From a candidate division FCPU426 bacterium (lineage in GTDB: Bacteria > Oederibacteriota > JAAXVQ01 > JAUVAV01): a DNA stretch of 64,000 nucleotides. Shown here piece by piece: positions 40,513 through 50,366 of the stretch. The translations under genes were made by a program, and so were the position numbers. The notes beneath the pieces are model-generated. The model was not told the DNA's origin. It searched no databases and was given only the letters and a program-made list of their open reading frames with translations. Location: assembly GCA_040756875.1 (NCBI GenBank), contig JBFLYH010000003.1:128001-192000 (forward strand), in the 5' to 3' direction. Position 1 is the first letter of the stretch. Each line of letters begins with the position of its first letter.

Positions 40513-42579
40513 ATGCGACAAGGGGCAAGGTTGGCTGTGCTGGTGTTTTTAGGAAGCCTGGTGTCCGGCATGGCCTGGGCGGCAACGACGGATTATTTCG
40601 TCATCACGGTGAAAACCGACAATGCCGGGAGCTCGGCGTCGAACGCCTTCACCATTCCCACCACGGGCGCAGGATACAGCTACGACGTGGACCTGCAAGG
40701 GCTGAATGCCTGGGAGTACATTGGCATCGCGGGCAACACGACCTGTGTTTACGCCGCGCCGGGAACGTACACCCTCCGCATCCGGGGGACCTTTCCGAGG
40801 ATCTACTTCAACAACACGGGTGACATCTTGAAGATCCTCTCCATCGACCAATGGGGCACGGGCGCCTGGGCCTCCATGGGCCACGCGTTTCATGGCTGCG
40901 CCAACCTGACGGGCCAGGCCGCGGATGCGCCCAATCTGGCCGCGGTCACGGACCTGAGCTACATGTTTGCCGGCGGATCGCTGTATTTCGGCACGACCGT
41001 GAACGCCAACACCTTCGACCAAGCCATCGGAAACTGGAACACGGCCAATGTCACCACCATGGAGGCCATGTTCAAGAACGCCAAGTTCAACCAGCCCATC
41101 GGAACCTGGAACACCGCGCAGGTCGCTAACATGTCGAGCATGTTCATGAACGCCCTGGCTTTCAACCAGGACCTTAATGCCTGGGATACGGGCAGCGTGA
41201 CGAACATGAACAACATGTTCAAGTACGCCGTCGCCTTCAACGGGCCGATCGGGAGCTGGGACACGTCCAGCGTGACGACGCTATTCGGCATGTTTTACCA
41301 GGCGGGCGCGTTCAACCAGAACATCAACGCCTGGGACATGTCCCACGTGACCACCACGCTCCAAATGTTCTATCAAGCCGCGGCGTTCAACCAACCCCTC
41401 GGAAGCTGGCAAACCGGGAACATGACCTCGATGGCGAGCATGTTTAACGGCGCGCGTGCGTTCAACCAGGACATCAGCGGCTGGAACACGGGCCAGGTGA
41501 CCACCATGTCCGGCATGTTCTCCTATGCGGATGCCTTCAACCAGGACATCAGCGCATGGGACGTGTCCCATGTGGCGGACATGAGCGACATGTTTCTCAG
41601 CGCCGACACCTTCAATCAACCGCTGGCCGGGTGGAACACGAGCGCGGTGACCGACATGGGCAATATGTTCAGGAGCGCCGTGGCGTTCAATCAGCCCATC
41701 GGCGCCTGGAACATTGGCGCGGTGACCGACATGAGCTATATGTTCATGGGCGCCACGGCGTTCAACCAGCCGCTCAGCACGTGGGACACCGGCGCGGTGA
41801 CCGACATGAACGGTATGTTTTTCAGTGCCACGGCTTTCAACCAGTCCCTCAGCGCCTGGGACACGTCGGCCGTGACGACCATGGCGTACATGTTCCAGGC
41901 CGCGTCTTCCTTCAACCAGGACCTCAGCGCCTGGAACACGGGGAGCGTGAACACCATGACCGCCATGTTTGCCAACGCCGCGGCCTTCGACCAGGACCTC
42001 GGCGGCTGGGATATCACGTCGCTGCTTACGGCCGGCTCCATGTTCGCCGGCCATGCCCTTTCGCTGGCTAATTACGAAGCGCTGTTGAACGGCTGGGGCG
42101 TGCAGAACGTCCACAGCAATGTGGTCTTTGACGGCGGGAACAGCCAATATACCAGCTTCGAGGCCACCACTCGCCGCAATGCCCTGATCGTGAACAAGAA
42201 CTGGACCATCACGGACGGCGGCGTCTATGCCACGCCTACGCCGACGCCCACCATTACCCCGACGATCGCCGCCACGCCGGCCCCCACGCCGCGCAACCCC
42301 CTGGAGGACGTGGACCTGACCGGCAGGCTGTTCCTGGTGTATCCCAATCCCGGCCGCGACCAAATAAAGTTTCTGGTCAATCCCGAGCACCCAGCGGCCG
42401 TGAAGGTCGTGCTGTTCAACCTGGGTGGTGAGCGGGTGTCCGAGGTGGAGGATTCCGTGCCCGCCGGAAAGAGCGCCGTGGCCTGGGATTGCCGCCAGGT
42501 TGCGTCCGGCTTCTACCTGGCGCGGCTCTTCCTGGATGGCCGGGAAATCGGCACGGCCAAGGTGGCGGTGGCGAGATAA
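40513..42579 (+). CDS. BspA-like/DUF285 repeat surface protein with Thr/Pro linker and T9SS-like CTD
   Basis: Many 25-aa FNQ.I..W.T..VT.M..MF repeats; YPNPGRD...KVAVAR. Confidence 0.9.
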   Translation: MRQGARLAVLVFLGSLVSGMAWAATTDYFVITVKTDNAGSSASNAFTIPTTGAGYSYDVDLQGLNAWEYIGIAGNTTCVYAAPGTYTLRIRGTFPRIYFNNTGDILKILSIDQWGTGAWASMGHAFHGCANLTGQAADAPNLAAVTDLSYMFAGGSLYFGTTVNANTFDQAIGNWNTANVTTMEAMFKNAKFNQPIGTWNTAQVANMSSMFMNALAFNQDLNAWDTGSVTNMNNMFKYAVAFNGPIGSWDTSSVTTLFGMFYQAGAFNQNINAWDMSHVTTTLQMFYQAAAFNQPLGSWQTGNMTSMASMFNGARAFNQDISGWNTGQVTTMSGMFSYADAFNQDISAWDVSHVADMSDMFLSADTFNQPLAGWNTSAVTDMGNMFRSAVAFNQPIGAWNIGAVTDMSYMFMGATAFNQPLSTWDTGAVTDMNGMFFSATAFNQSLSAWDTSAVTTMAYMFQAASSFNQDLSAWNTGSVNTMTAMFANAAAFDQDLGGWDITSLLTAGSMFAGHALSLANYEALLNGWGVQNVHSNVVFDGGNSQYTSFEATTRRNALIVNKNWTITDGGVYATPTPTPTITPTIAATPAPTPRNPLEDVDLTGRLFLVYPNPGRDQIKFLVNPEHPAAVKVVLFNLGGERVSEVEDSVPAGKSAVAWDCRQVASGFYLARLFLDGREIGTAKVAVAR

Positions 42580-42644
42580 GCACGTCCGAAACCAAGAAGG
42601 TTTAGGGCTTTGTTCGTCGGATTTCCTGGTTGGGATAGAAAAGT

Positions 42645-42755
42645 CTCACCACGAAGGCACGAAGATTGACGCGAAGCACACGAAGTGGCATCAGGGTTAA
42701 AATCTTATCCCCAGCCCCTGTTCTCCTTCATGCGCTCCGCGGCTTTGGGGTGAAC
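42645..42755. repeat. ACGAAG/CTTCGT palindromic element, copy 4 (degenerate right arm)
   Basis: CTCACCACGAAGGCACGAAGATTGACGCGAAG...CAGGGTTAAAATCTT. Confidence 0.75.
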
Positions 42756-42933
42756 AGGTTGGACAGTGTTTTTTCTCAAATAACAGGTGCTTTTGCGGCA
42801 ATCCCACTATACAATCCAGTTGATTCCTGGGCGAACCCCGCCTTGCCCCGCTGTTTATTGCCCTTCCTTGCGTCGCTTCCCTGCCTGGGATAACGCGCGC
42901 CAGCCCTCAGCTGGCGCCCTGCGCGGGGGGATC

Positions 42934-44625
42934 ATGATCAAAAGCATGCGCATCGGGTTCGCGGCTTTGGCCGGCATCCTGCTGGCAGCTTCACTGGCAC
43001 AGGCAGACTGGGTCTCGGACAACGGCAGCCTGAATGTCAGCAACACCCTGACCGCGGAAACCGGTCCCAGTCTTTTCATCAACGGCAGTACGCCCTACGC
43101 GGCTTTCAGCGAGTACACCGGAGGAACGAGCAACCGGATTTTCGTCAAACACCTCAACGGCAGCTCCTGGATCCAGGACGGCGGGAGCGTGAACCTCAGC
43201 CCTGTCAACAACGCCAGCTCCCCCAGCCTCTGCTTTTCAGGCAGCACGCCTTACATCGCCTGGCAGGGGCTGAATTTGTCCTCTCCCCCGGCTCAGATCT
43301 ATGTCTCCTATTGGAACGGCCTCGGCTGGCAGCAGGAGGGCGGCAGCCTGAACCTGGACCCCACTAAAAACGTTTACGATCCCAACCTGGCGATCTACAG
43401 CAACACGCCCTGGGTGGCCTGGTATGAATACACCGTGACCATGGGCATCGGCCGGCTGTACGTGAAGCACTGGAACGGCATGGGCTGGCAGCAGGACGGC
43501 GGCTATCTGAATCTGGACCCGGGGATGGGGGCCACTGCGCCCAGCATAACGATTTACAACGGCACGCCCTATGTCGCGTGGGCCGAATATGCCTCGTCGC
43601 ATCCGCAGATCAACGTAAAAAGCTGGGGCGGCGCCAGCTGGTCGTCGCTGGGCTCGAGCTTGAACATCAACCCGGCCATGGATGCGGGAGGCCCTCAGGT
43701 GGGCGTTTACAACGGCACGCCCTACGTCGCGTGGCACGAGAACAGCATCACGTCCTTCACGCAGATCAACGTCAAGTACTGGACCGGAGGCGCCTGGGCG
43801 CCGACCGGCGGCAGCCTGAACGTCAGCGCCAGCCAGAACGCCTCGAACCCAAGCCTGTACCTCTACAACGGCGTTCCTTATGTCGCCTGGCAGGAATCCA
43901 ACGGAACAGCCGATCAGATCTACGTCAAATTGTGGAACGGCAGCGCCTGGGTGCAGGTGGGATCGAGCCTGAACGTGGACACCGGCCGGAACGCCATGTC
44001 AGCCAGCCTGTTTTTCAGCGGCGACAAGCCTTATGTGGCCTGGCGGGAGACCGATGCCTCGGGGTATAACCAGGTGTATGTGAAGCATTATGATTCCCCC
44101 ACCTTCACTCCTACCCGCACGCCCACCCCGACCCGGACAGCGACCCGCACGGCCTCGCCCACCAGCACCTCAACCCGCACCGCAACCTCCACGGCCACCA
44201 TCTCCCCCACCCCGACTTCCACGGCCACTTACGTGACGCCGACCTATACCGGCACCAGCACCATCACACCCACGTCGACTAAAACCCCGACCGCCACCTC
44301 CACGCCGGTTTCCACCAGCACACCGACCACGACCGCGACCAGCGCGGTCTCGGCCGTGGACCTGGCCGGCAGGGAAGTCATCGCCTATCCCAATCCCGCG
44401 CGCCAGAGCATGCGCTTTATCATGAACCTGACCCGGCCGGCGGCCGTGAAGGTCGAGATCTATAACTCGGCCGGCGAGCGCGTGGCCACCCTGGCTGACA
44501 CCCTCACTGGCCCGGGCGCCTACCTGACCTGGAATTGCGCGGACTGCGCGCCAGGCGCCTACCTCGCGCGGGTCTTCAAGAACAACGCCGAGCTCGTTAC
44601 GCTTAAAGTGGCGTTAGTGAAATAA
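42934..44625 (+). CDS. Secreted beta-propeller-like repeat protein with Thr/Pro linker and T9SS-like CTD
   Basis: About seven G.SLN...P.L....GTPYVAW.E...I.VK.W.G..W repeats; YPNPARQ...KVALVK. Confidence 0.8.
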   Translation: MIKSMRIGFAALAGILLAASLAQADWVSDNGSLNVSNTLTAETGPSLFINGSTPYAAFSEYTGGTSNRIFVKHLNGSSWIQDGGSVNLSPVNNASSPSLCFSGSTPYIAWQGLNLSSPPAQIYVSYWNGLGWQQEGGSLNLDPTKNVYDPNLAIYSNTPWVAWYEYTVTMGIGRLYVKHWNGMGWQQDGGYLNLDPGMGATAPSITIYNGTPYVAWAEYASSHPQINVKSWGGASWSSLGSSLNINPAMDAGGPQVGVYNGTPYVAWHENSITSFTQINVKYWTGGAWAPTGGSLNVSASQNASNPSLYLYNGVPYVAWQESNGTADQIYVKLWNGSAWVQVGSSLNVDTGRNAMSASLFFSGDKPYVAWRETDASGYNQVYVKHYDSPTFTPTRTPTPTRTATRTASPTSTSTRTATSTATISPTPTSTATYVTPTYTGTSTITPTSTKTPTATSTPVSTSTPTTTATSAVSAVDLAGREVIAYPNPARQSMRFIMNLTRPAAVKVEIYNSAGERVATLADTLTGPGAYLTWNCADCAPGAYLARVFKNNAELVTLKVALVK

Positions 44626-44697
44626 AGGCGGAATTGCGCAGGGGGATGGTATCAATCTAAAAGATTGTCTAATGCGCGGTGAAATCTAGCCGCAGGC

Positions 44698-44727
44698 CTT
44701 TTTCTTCGTGCCCTTCGCGGCGAAGCG
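44698..44727. repeat. Right-arm fragment of the ACGAAG/CTTCGT element (copy 5)
   Basis: CTTTTTCTTCGTGCCCTTCGCGGCGAAGC. Confidence 0.55.
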
Positions 44728-44739
44728 TTTTTTATCCGC

Positions 44740-45411
44740 TTACTGCCACTGGTCCACGGACATCAGTCTGACGCCTTCCTGCTGGTACTGTTTTAGCATT
44801 CCTTCCTTTTTCTCCACGGTGCCTGAAAGCAGCGCGTCCGCGAGCGCGGTCACGGTATAGCCGCGCTGGAGAGCGCCTTTGATGGTGCGGTCCACGCACT
44901 GGGAGGCATCCAGACCGGTCATGTACAAATGATTGACGTTCAGGCTCCGCAGGTAGGCGTCGAGCTCCGGGTTGCTGAAGGCGTCCATGACGTGCTTGAT
45001 GTACGTCGGGCCGGGCACTGCCTTGACGCGCGGGTCCAGGGCCGTGGGGGGCGTGCCGGCCTTGAGGAACTTTCCGCCCGTGAGAAAATTGGCGATTGGA
45101 TCAATGGTCTCCTGCCGGATATAAATCACCGGGATCTGGCGGGCCTGCGCCTTGTCGATCGCGGCATTGACCGCCTGGATGAACGCCCCGGATTGCCGCA
45201 CCATGTTCCGATTGAACTGGGGGGCCGACTGGCCGGTAATCCCTTCCTGGATATCGATCACCAGGAGCGCCGGCCGGTCTTCGGCCTCGCGGGTAATCGG
45301 CGCGCCGGTGGTCACGACGGCCATCCGGTGGAAGAAAAAGCCCATATAAACAAAAGCGAACAGAATGAACGCAACCACGGCCGAGACAATAATGAATATT
45401 AATTTTTTCAT
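44740..45411 (-). CDS. Isochorismatase-family cysteine hydrolase with N-terminal TM anchor
   Basis: ALLVIDIQ, K..MDAFSNPELD, GLDASQCVDRT. Confidence 0.88.
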   Translation of the reverse strand: MKKLIFIIVSAVVAFILFAFVYMGFFFHRMAVVTTGAPITREAEDRPALLVIDIQEGITGQSAPQFNRNMVRQSGAFIQAVNAAIDKAQARQIPVIYIRQETIDPIANFLTGGKFLKAGTPPTALDPRVKAVPGPTYIKHVMDAFSNPELDAYLRSLNVNHLYMTGLDASQCVDRTIKGALQRGYTVTALADALLSGTVEKKEGMLKQYQQEGVRLMSVDQWQ

Positions 45412-45422
45412 GGCTGATCTCC

Positions 45423-47330
45423 TTATTGCACTTCCACGGCCAGTTCCGCGATCTGCGACTGGTGCTCTTGGCCGGGCGTGGGATAGGCCAGGTCGCGGGC
45501 CCGGCCGCAAACTTTATACGTCCCCGGCTCGGGAAAGCTCACGTAGTAGCGGACCGTGGAAACGCTGCTGCCGTACAGGTCGTGCCAGTACCCCAGCCCG
45601 GGCACGTATTCCCACTGCCCGTTGGCCCCCTGCTTCTCCACCCACCACCACATGGCTTTCAACCCGGCCCGCGCCCGGGCCTGGAGATCGAAACTCTGGT
45701 ATTTGCCCGCGGGAACCGGGGAGGAAGCGTAGGCCCAGGTCAGCTGGGCGGTCGGCACGACCGGCTGGTCGGCGGCCACGCGGGTGACGAACAGCAGGCG
45801 CGGGTGGCTGCGCTTGCCGGCTTTCATCTGGCTGATTTCGAACGCGTTTTGCCCCAGGGCCAGGTTGACCGTGGCAGTCCAGGTGGTCAGGGTGTTTCCC
45901 GAAGCGGCCAAACTGCCGTTGATGTAAACCGCGGCCTGGCTGTCTTTCGTGCCCCTGAGGGTCCACGTGGCCTGGTTGAGCGGGTCGCCGACCGGATCGA
46001 TGAACGGGATGGTCATCAGCGTCGCGCCGGCCGGCAGCGCGGCCGGGGCGACCAGGCTCGCAATCGAATCGTCCCGGTAAAACAGCTGCTCCATATAGGG
46101 GAGGCTGTCCGCCTGGCGCATGATGTCATGATCGTGGTCGATGGTGTCGCCGATTTGGACGGTCCAGTCCTCGTGCGTGGGCAGTTCGATCACCGGCGGG
46201 TGGTCCGTGAGTGCATGCGCGTATTCATGCAGCAGGGTTTTGACGATGTACGAGTCAAGCTGGAAGCCGAAATCCGGATGGAGCCCGTACTGCAGCACGC
46301 CGCTTTTATCCGCAGTGAATCCCACGTTGTTGTAGATGCCCGAAAAATCGACGCTGCCGCTGGAGCCGCCGCCGCTGCCCGAGGGCAGGTCCACCAGCAC
46401 TTGATAGGACGGCGGAGGCGTCCAGCCGAACAGTTCCAAAGCATCCCGGCGGATCTGCAGGGTATGGACCGGCTGGTAGTACCACGCGATTTTGATGATT
46501 GCCAGGTCCTGGGGAACGGCCGGATCCAGGGGCAGCAGGCTTGTGCCCTCCAGGTCGTGCGGAAGGCTGTTCCACCATTCGGAATAGGCGTGGATCGTGT
46601 TGCCGACAAAAGCGTTGTCGTCCGGAAACGCCCGCCGGCCTTGGTCGTCCACGGTCAGGGCCGCGTACCCCTTGGTGGCCTTGAGACAGGCGGCGGAAGC
46701 CTGGGCGTGCAGGGAGGCAATGTCCGCCTCGGTCTTCTGCCCCCCCAGATACCCGAGCCTCAAGGTCCGGGTAATGAGCGGCGCCTGGGTGTTGAAGACG
46801 ATAAGGCGATCCGGCGTGGGGTCCGTCAGGTTGAAATACTTGTAAGCGTAGTAAAACGCGGTCTCGCCGGCGGGCTTGTATTTCAATTCCAGCCTCATCA
46901 CCATCAGTTCCTGGACCATGGGATCGTCCGGCAGGGTGAATTTCCACCAGCGCCAGTTGTCCGGCGAATTGCTCACGTCCACCTGGGCATCGTCCGCCGC
47001 GGCGGGATCCACCCGGAAGCAGACGTGCCGGGTGATTATTTGCAGGTCACGGATCTTCTTGGAAAACAAAATAAAGCGGTTGCCCAAGACGCTCAGGTTC
47101 GTGGTGTTGACCGCCAGCAGGTATTCTTTGCCCACCACCAGGTTGGTCTGGGCCGGCTGGCCGTAGGTGGTCTCGTAAATATCGAACAGCTTCGAATTCA
47201 GGTCCGCATGGATCCGGTCCATGACCGCGTCCGCCGCCTGCGCCGTCCCGGCGGCCGCCAGCAGGACGGCCAGCGCCCCCAGCTTCAGCCAACGGCTGCC
47301 CCAGCTTGATAACCGGCATTCGTTCCGCAT
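45423..47330 (-). CDS. Secreted protein, putative zinc metallopeptidase with C-terminal Ig-like domains
   Basis: Signal peptide; LLHEYAHAL (HExxH) with downstream DIM Met-turn-like motif; ATG after GGAGGGG. Confidence 0.6.
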   Translation of the reverse strand: MRNECRLSSWGSRWLKLGALAVLLAAAGTAQAADAVMDRIHADLNSKLFDIYETTYGQPAQTNLVVGKEYLLAVNTTNLSVLGNRFILFSKKIRDLQIITRHVCFRVDPAAADDAQVDVSNSPDNWRWWKFTLPDDPMVQELMVMRLELKYKPAGETAFYYAYKYFNLTDPTPDRLIVFNTQAPLITRTLRLGYLGGQKTEADIASLHAQASAACLKATKGYAALTVDDQGRRAFPDDNAFVGNTIHAYSEWWNSLPHDLEGTSLLPLDPAVPQDLAIIKIAWYYQPVHTLQIRRDALELFGWTPPPSYQVLVDLPSGSGGGSSGSVDFSGIYNNVGFTADKSGVLQYGLHPDFGFQLDSYIVKTLLHEYAHALTDHPPVIELPTHEDWTVQIGDTIDHDHDIMRQADSLPYMEQLFYRDDSIASLVAPAALPAGATLMTIPFIDPVGDPLNQATWTLRGTKDSQAAVYINGSLAASGNTLTTWTATVNLALGQNAFEISQMKAGKRSHPRLLFVTRVAADQPVVPTAQLTWAYASSPVPAGKYQSFDLQARARAGLKAMWWWVEKQGANGQWEYVPGLGYWHDLYGSSVSTVRYYVSFPEPGTYKVCGRARDLAYPTPGQEHQSQIAELAVEVQ

Positions 47331-47416
47331 GAGCCCCTCCGGACATGGAATGGCTTTCAGGCTCAAGCTTAGCATAGCTTCAGCCGCTGATCCATGCCTG
47401 TCATCTCATTTAAAAC

Positions 47417-47660
47417 CTCACCACGAAGGCACGAAGATTGACGCGAAGGACACGAAGGGGGGCCAGGGTTAAAGCCTTTAAACCCAGAACCGCCTTTGGC
47501 TTTTCTTCGTGCTCTTCGCGGCTTCGTGGTGAGATCGAAAGTCTTTACCACGAAGGCACGAAGGCTGACACGAAGGACACGAAGGGAGGCCAGGGTTAAT
47601 ATCTTTAACCCCGGACCTTGCTTTTCTTCGTGCTCTTCGTGGCTTCGTGGTGAAGCCTTT
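47417..47660. repeat. ACGAAG/CTTCGT palindromic element, copy 6 (two full units)
   Basis: Two complete left-arm / GGGTTAA..TTTAACCC / right-arm units. Confidence 0.9.
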
Positions 47661-47718
47661 TTGAGGGAGGAGTGCCTCGCAACGAGGCGCGGAGAAACAG
47701 CGGGTTGGTCTGCGGCTT

Positions 47719-48093
47719 TTATTCCTTGCGCAGGATCTCGGCGATCTGCTCGCCCAGCTCGTAGGGATCGAAGGGCTTGATGATGTAGTCGTCGGCCCCG
47801 ACTTTGAGGCCCTGTTCCGCGTCGCCCTTCTGGCCTTTGGCGGTCAGCATGACCACCGGCACGTTCTTCGTGCGGTCGTCGGCCTTGAGGCGCTCGCAGA
47901 CTTCGTAGCCGTTCATATCCGGCATCATGATGTCCAGCAGATAGAGCGACGGCACCACGCCCTTGCTCTTTTCCAGGGCTTCGAGCCCGGAAAACGCCTC
48001 GATGACCTCGTAGTTGGCCATCTCCAGCGAGATTTTCACGAGCTTGACGATATCCGGCTCGTCGTCCACCACCATAATCTTATGCTTGGCCAT
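47719..48093 (-). CDS. Single-domain response regulator
   Basis: VVDDE, LLDIMMPDMNG, MLTA, YIIKPF. Confidence 0.92.
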   Translation of the reverse strand: MAKHKIMVVDDEPDIVKLVKISLEMANYEVIEAFSGLEALEKSKGVVPSLYLLDIMMPDMNGYEVCERLKADDRTKNVPVVMLTAKGQKGDAEQGLKVGADDYIIKPFDPYELGEQIAEILRKE

Positions 48094-48103
48094 CACGTCC
48101 TCC

Positions 48104-48475
48104 TTAACGCGTGATCCAGCGGTAATAGAAGCCCCCGCCGAGCAGGGACAGCAGGCCGCCGGCCAGAATCCCGGCCAGGGACCACGCGCGCCACTGGAGA
48201 ATGAATGCGCTCATCTGAGAAATCTCGTCCACGCTGACCAACTGCTCCATCTGGGGCAGCAGCACCACGTAAGCGAAGGAATGCATGCCCACGGACAGCA
48301 GCAGGAACAGCGATCCCGCCAGCGGCAGCAGCCAGACCGGCTTCTCGCGAATGACGCCGACCAGCCGCCTGAGCACGATACTATACCAGATCATGGACAG
48401 GGCCAACAGGACAAACCCGATCTCGTACGGCAGCGCTTCGCGCGGGTAATTTTGCACCACGGCCATCCAGTCCAT
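48104..48475 (-). CDS. Small multi-pass membrane protein
   Basis: Three hydrophobic segments; GGAGG RBS; translationally coupled. Confidence 0.7.
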   Translation of the reverse strand: MDWMAVVQNYPREALPYEIGFVLLALSMIWYSIVLRRLVGVIREKPVWLLPLAGSLFLLLSVGMHSFAYVVLLPQMEQLVSVDEISQMSAFILQWRAWSLAGILAGGLLSLLGGGFYYRWITR

Positions 48476-48831
48476 CACGCCACCTCCTTGGGCTGTGCGG
48501 ACCGCAGCACGCTCTGCAGCACGCTGGCAAAGCGCCCCACGCCCAGCAGGCAGAAAAAGCCGGACGCCAGCAGGGCGATGTAGGCCAGGAGCTGGGCGAA
48601 GGACGCCAGCTTGGGGTCGCTCAAAAGCGGCGTGGCCTTGAAAATGAGGAACAGGGTGTACACCAGCAGCCCGGTCGGGGCCAGGATCAGCAGCGTGCTG
48701 TACGTGGCGCGGTGGAAGACCTGGCTGTAGCGGTGCGCGATCAGCCCCACCAGCGCGTAGTTGATCCACAGGAGCAGGCTGCCGCCGATGGCCACCAGGT
48801 AGCTGGCGCCTTCCCACAGTTGTTCAGGCAT
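48475..48831 (-). CDS. Small multi-pass membrane protein
   Basis: Three hydrophobic segments starting at MPEQLWEG. Confidence 0.7.
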   Translation of the reverse strand: MPEQLWEGASYLVAIGGSLLLWINYALVGLIAHRYSQVFHRATYSTLLILAPTGLLVYTLFLIFKATPLLSDPKLASFAQLLAYIALLASGFFCLLGVGRFASVLQSVLRSAQPKEVA

Positions 48832-48854
48832 GGGTTCCACCTCTTCCCTTCGCT

Positions 48855-49619
48855 TCAGCGCTTGGAGCCTTCCCACATCAGGCCGATCACGTGCTGGGCG
48901 CGGGTCGGGCCCACCAGCAGCGTGATGTTGCGTTCCAGCTCGTTGAGCAGCGCGATGAGTTCGCGCATGTGCATGCGGTTCTGGTCCAGCCGCAGTTTGC
49001 GGAACGCCTCCCGCACCAGGGCCTCGCCCAGGTTGCCGAGCTCGCGGGTGGCGATTTCGATGACTTTGGGGATGCGGAAGCGGATCTTGCGCACGATGCC
49101 CGCGGACAGCAGCCCGTAGAGCACCTGCAGGGCCCGGCCCTTGCGCAGCCCGCTCTTCTCGCGCACCATGGCCATGGAGTCTTCGCCGTTGACGCGGATC
49201 AGAAGGTTCCACTCGTCGCGCTGGAGCTGCAGGCGCACCCACTCGCGTTCGCCGGCCACGGGCGCCAGCTGCAGCACCACTTCCTCGCCGGGCAGGTACT
49301 CGGCCGCTTCCTCGGGCGGGATTTGCCGCGAGGACTCCATGATCAGGTTTTCGATGTCCTCGTCCTTGCCCTGGACGTGTTTGGCCGGGATGGTTTCCAG
49401 GTTTTGGAAATGGAAGAAGCCTTTTTTCAGCAGCAGCAGGCGCATCACTTCCTCGTGCAGCTGTTTGCCCGGCTTGCTGGTGCCGACCAGCTGGCCGTTC
49501 TGCAGGTAGATCTCGCCCTCGCCGTCCTCGCCGCGCACGCGCAGGCTTCCGGTCTGGTGGTAGATCGCGAGCAGCCGCAGCATGCCGCCGATGCTGACAT
49601 TGGTGACTTCGCCGAACAT
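48855..49619 (-). CDS. DUF4388 (PatA-N-like) domain protein
   Basis: G.V..VSI..MLRLL.....TGSL.V....GEIYLQNGQLV...GFFHF; EWNLL.RVNG winged-helix-like segment. Confidence 0.75.
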   Translation of the reverse strand: MFGEVTNVSIGGMLRLLAIYHQTGSLRVRGEDGEGEIYLQNGQLVGTSKPGKQLHEEVMRLLLLKKGFFHFQNLETIPAKHVQGKDEDIENLIMESSRQIPPEEAAEYLPGEEVVLQLAPVAGEREWVRLQLQRDEWNLLIRVNGEDSMAMVREKSGLRKGRALQVLYGLLSAGIVRKIRFRIPKVIEIATRELGNLGEALVREAFRKLRLDQNRMHMRELIALLNELERNITLLVGPTRAQHVIGLMWEGSKR

Positions 49620-49700
49620 GAGGTCCTTCCCCGGTGACTGTTTGCCTACGCAGAGAGTAACGGATGGAAAGCAGGGGGACTTGAGCGGGAAAAAACGGGA

Positions 49701-50306
49701 TTAACGCTGGGAATACAAGCGGAAACGCCGGATGTAGCGCAGCACGGCCTCGGGCAGCAGGTAGCGGGCGCCCGTTCCGGCGCGCAGGCCGGCGCGGATG
49801 AGCGTGGAAGACACGTCGAGTCCCGGAATGGGCACGAAGGTGCAGGCGCGGCGCAGGGCCGGCGGGAAGGTCCGCCGCACCTGGCGCTGCACCGCGGTCT
49901 TGGCCGCGCCGGGCCGGGAGATGATCACGAGGCGCGCGTAGCGGACCAGGCGCAGGGGCTCGTGCCAGGACGGCAGGTGCAGGCTCTGGTCCGCGCCCAG
50001 GATCAGGAAGCGCTCGGCCCGGGGCCAGCGGGCCGCGAGCCGTTCCAGGGTGTCCACGGTGTAGGAGACGCCCGGACGCCGGACCTCCCAGTCCAGGCAG
50101 CCGAAGCGGGGGTTGCCGGCCACGGCCAGCCGGGCCATGGCCAGGCGGTGCCTGGCCGCGGTCTGGGGGTGCGCACGGTGCGGCGGCCGGCCGGCCGGGA
50201 CGAACCAGACGCGGTCCAGCTCCAGGCGCACGGCCACTTCCTCGGCCGCGCGCAGGTGCCCGATGTGGATGGGATCGAACGTTCCGCCCAGCACCCCGAT
50301 GCGCAA
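49701..50306 (-). CDS. nadD: Nicotinate-nucleotide adenylyltransferase
   Basis: GGTFDPIHIGH, SYTVDTL, ILGAD, VSSTLIR. Confidence 0.95.
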   Translation of the reverse strand: MRIGVLGGTFDPIHIGHLRAAEEVAVRLELDRVWFVPAGRPPHRAHPQTAARHRLAMARLAVAGNPRFGCLDWEVRRPGVSYTVDTLERLAARWPRAERFLILGADQSLHLPSWHEPLRLVRYARLVIISRPGAAKTAVQRQVRRTFPPALRRACTFVPIPGLDVSSTLIRAGLRAGTGARYLLPEAVLRYIRRFRLYSQR

Positions 50307-50366
50307 GGGTTGATCCTTTCTGTTGGACGCGTCGGACCTGTCAGACAGGTCGGACCGGTCCGATGG

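Noticed and set aside
37691-47660. ACGAAG repeats as CRISPR repeats or small ORFs (e.g. 37691..37960, 39965..40219, 47496..47780)
   Set aside because: Irregular spacing and palindromic architecture; the ORFs are by-products of the repeat
50323-50365. GTCGGAC/GTCAGAC short repeats between proA and nadD
   Set aside because: Short single occurrence; nothing supports more than a small palindrome
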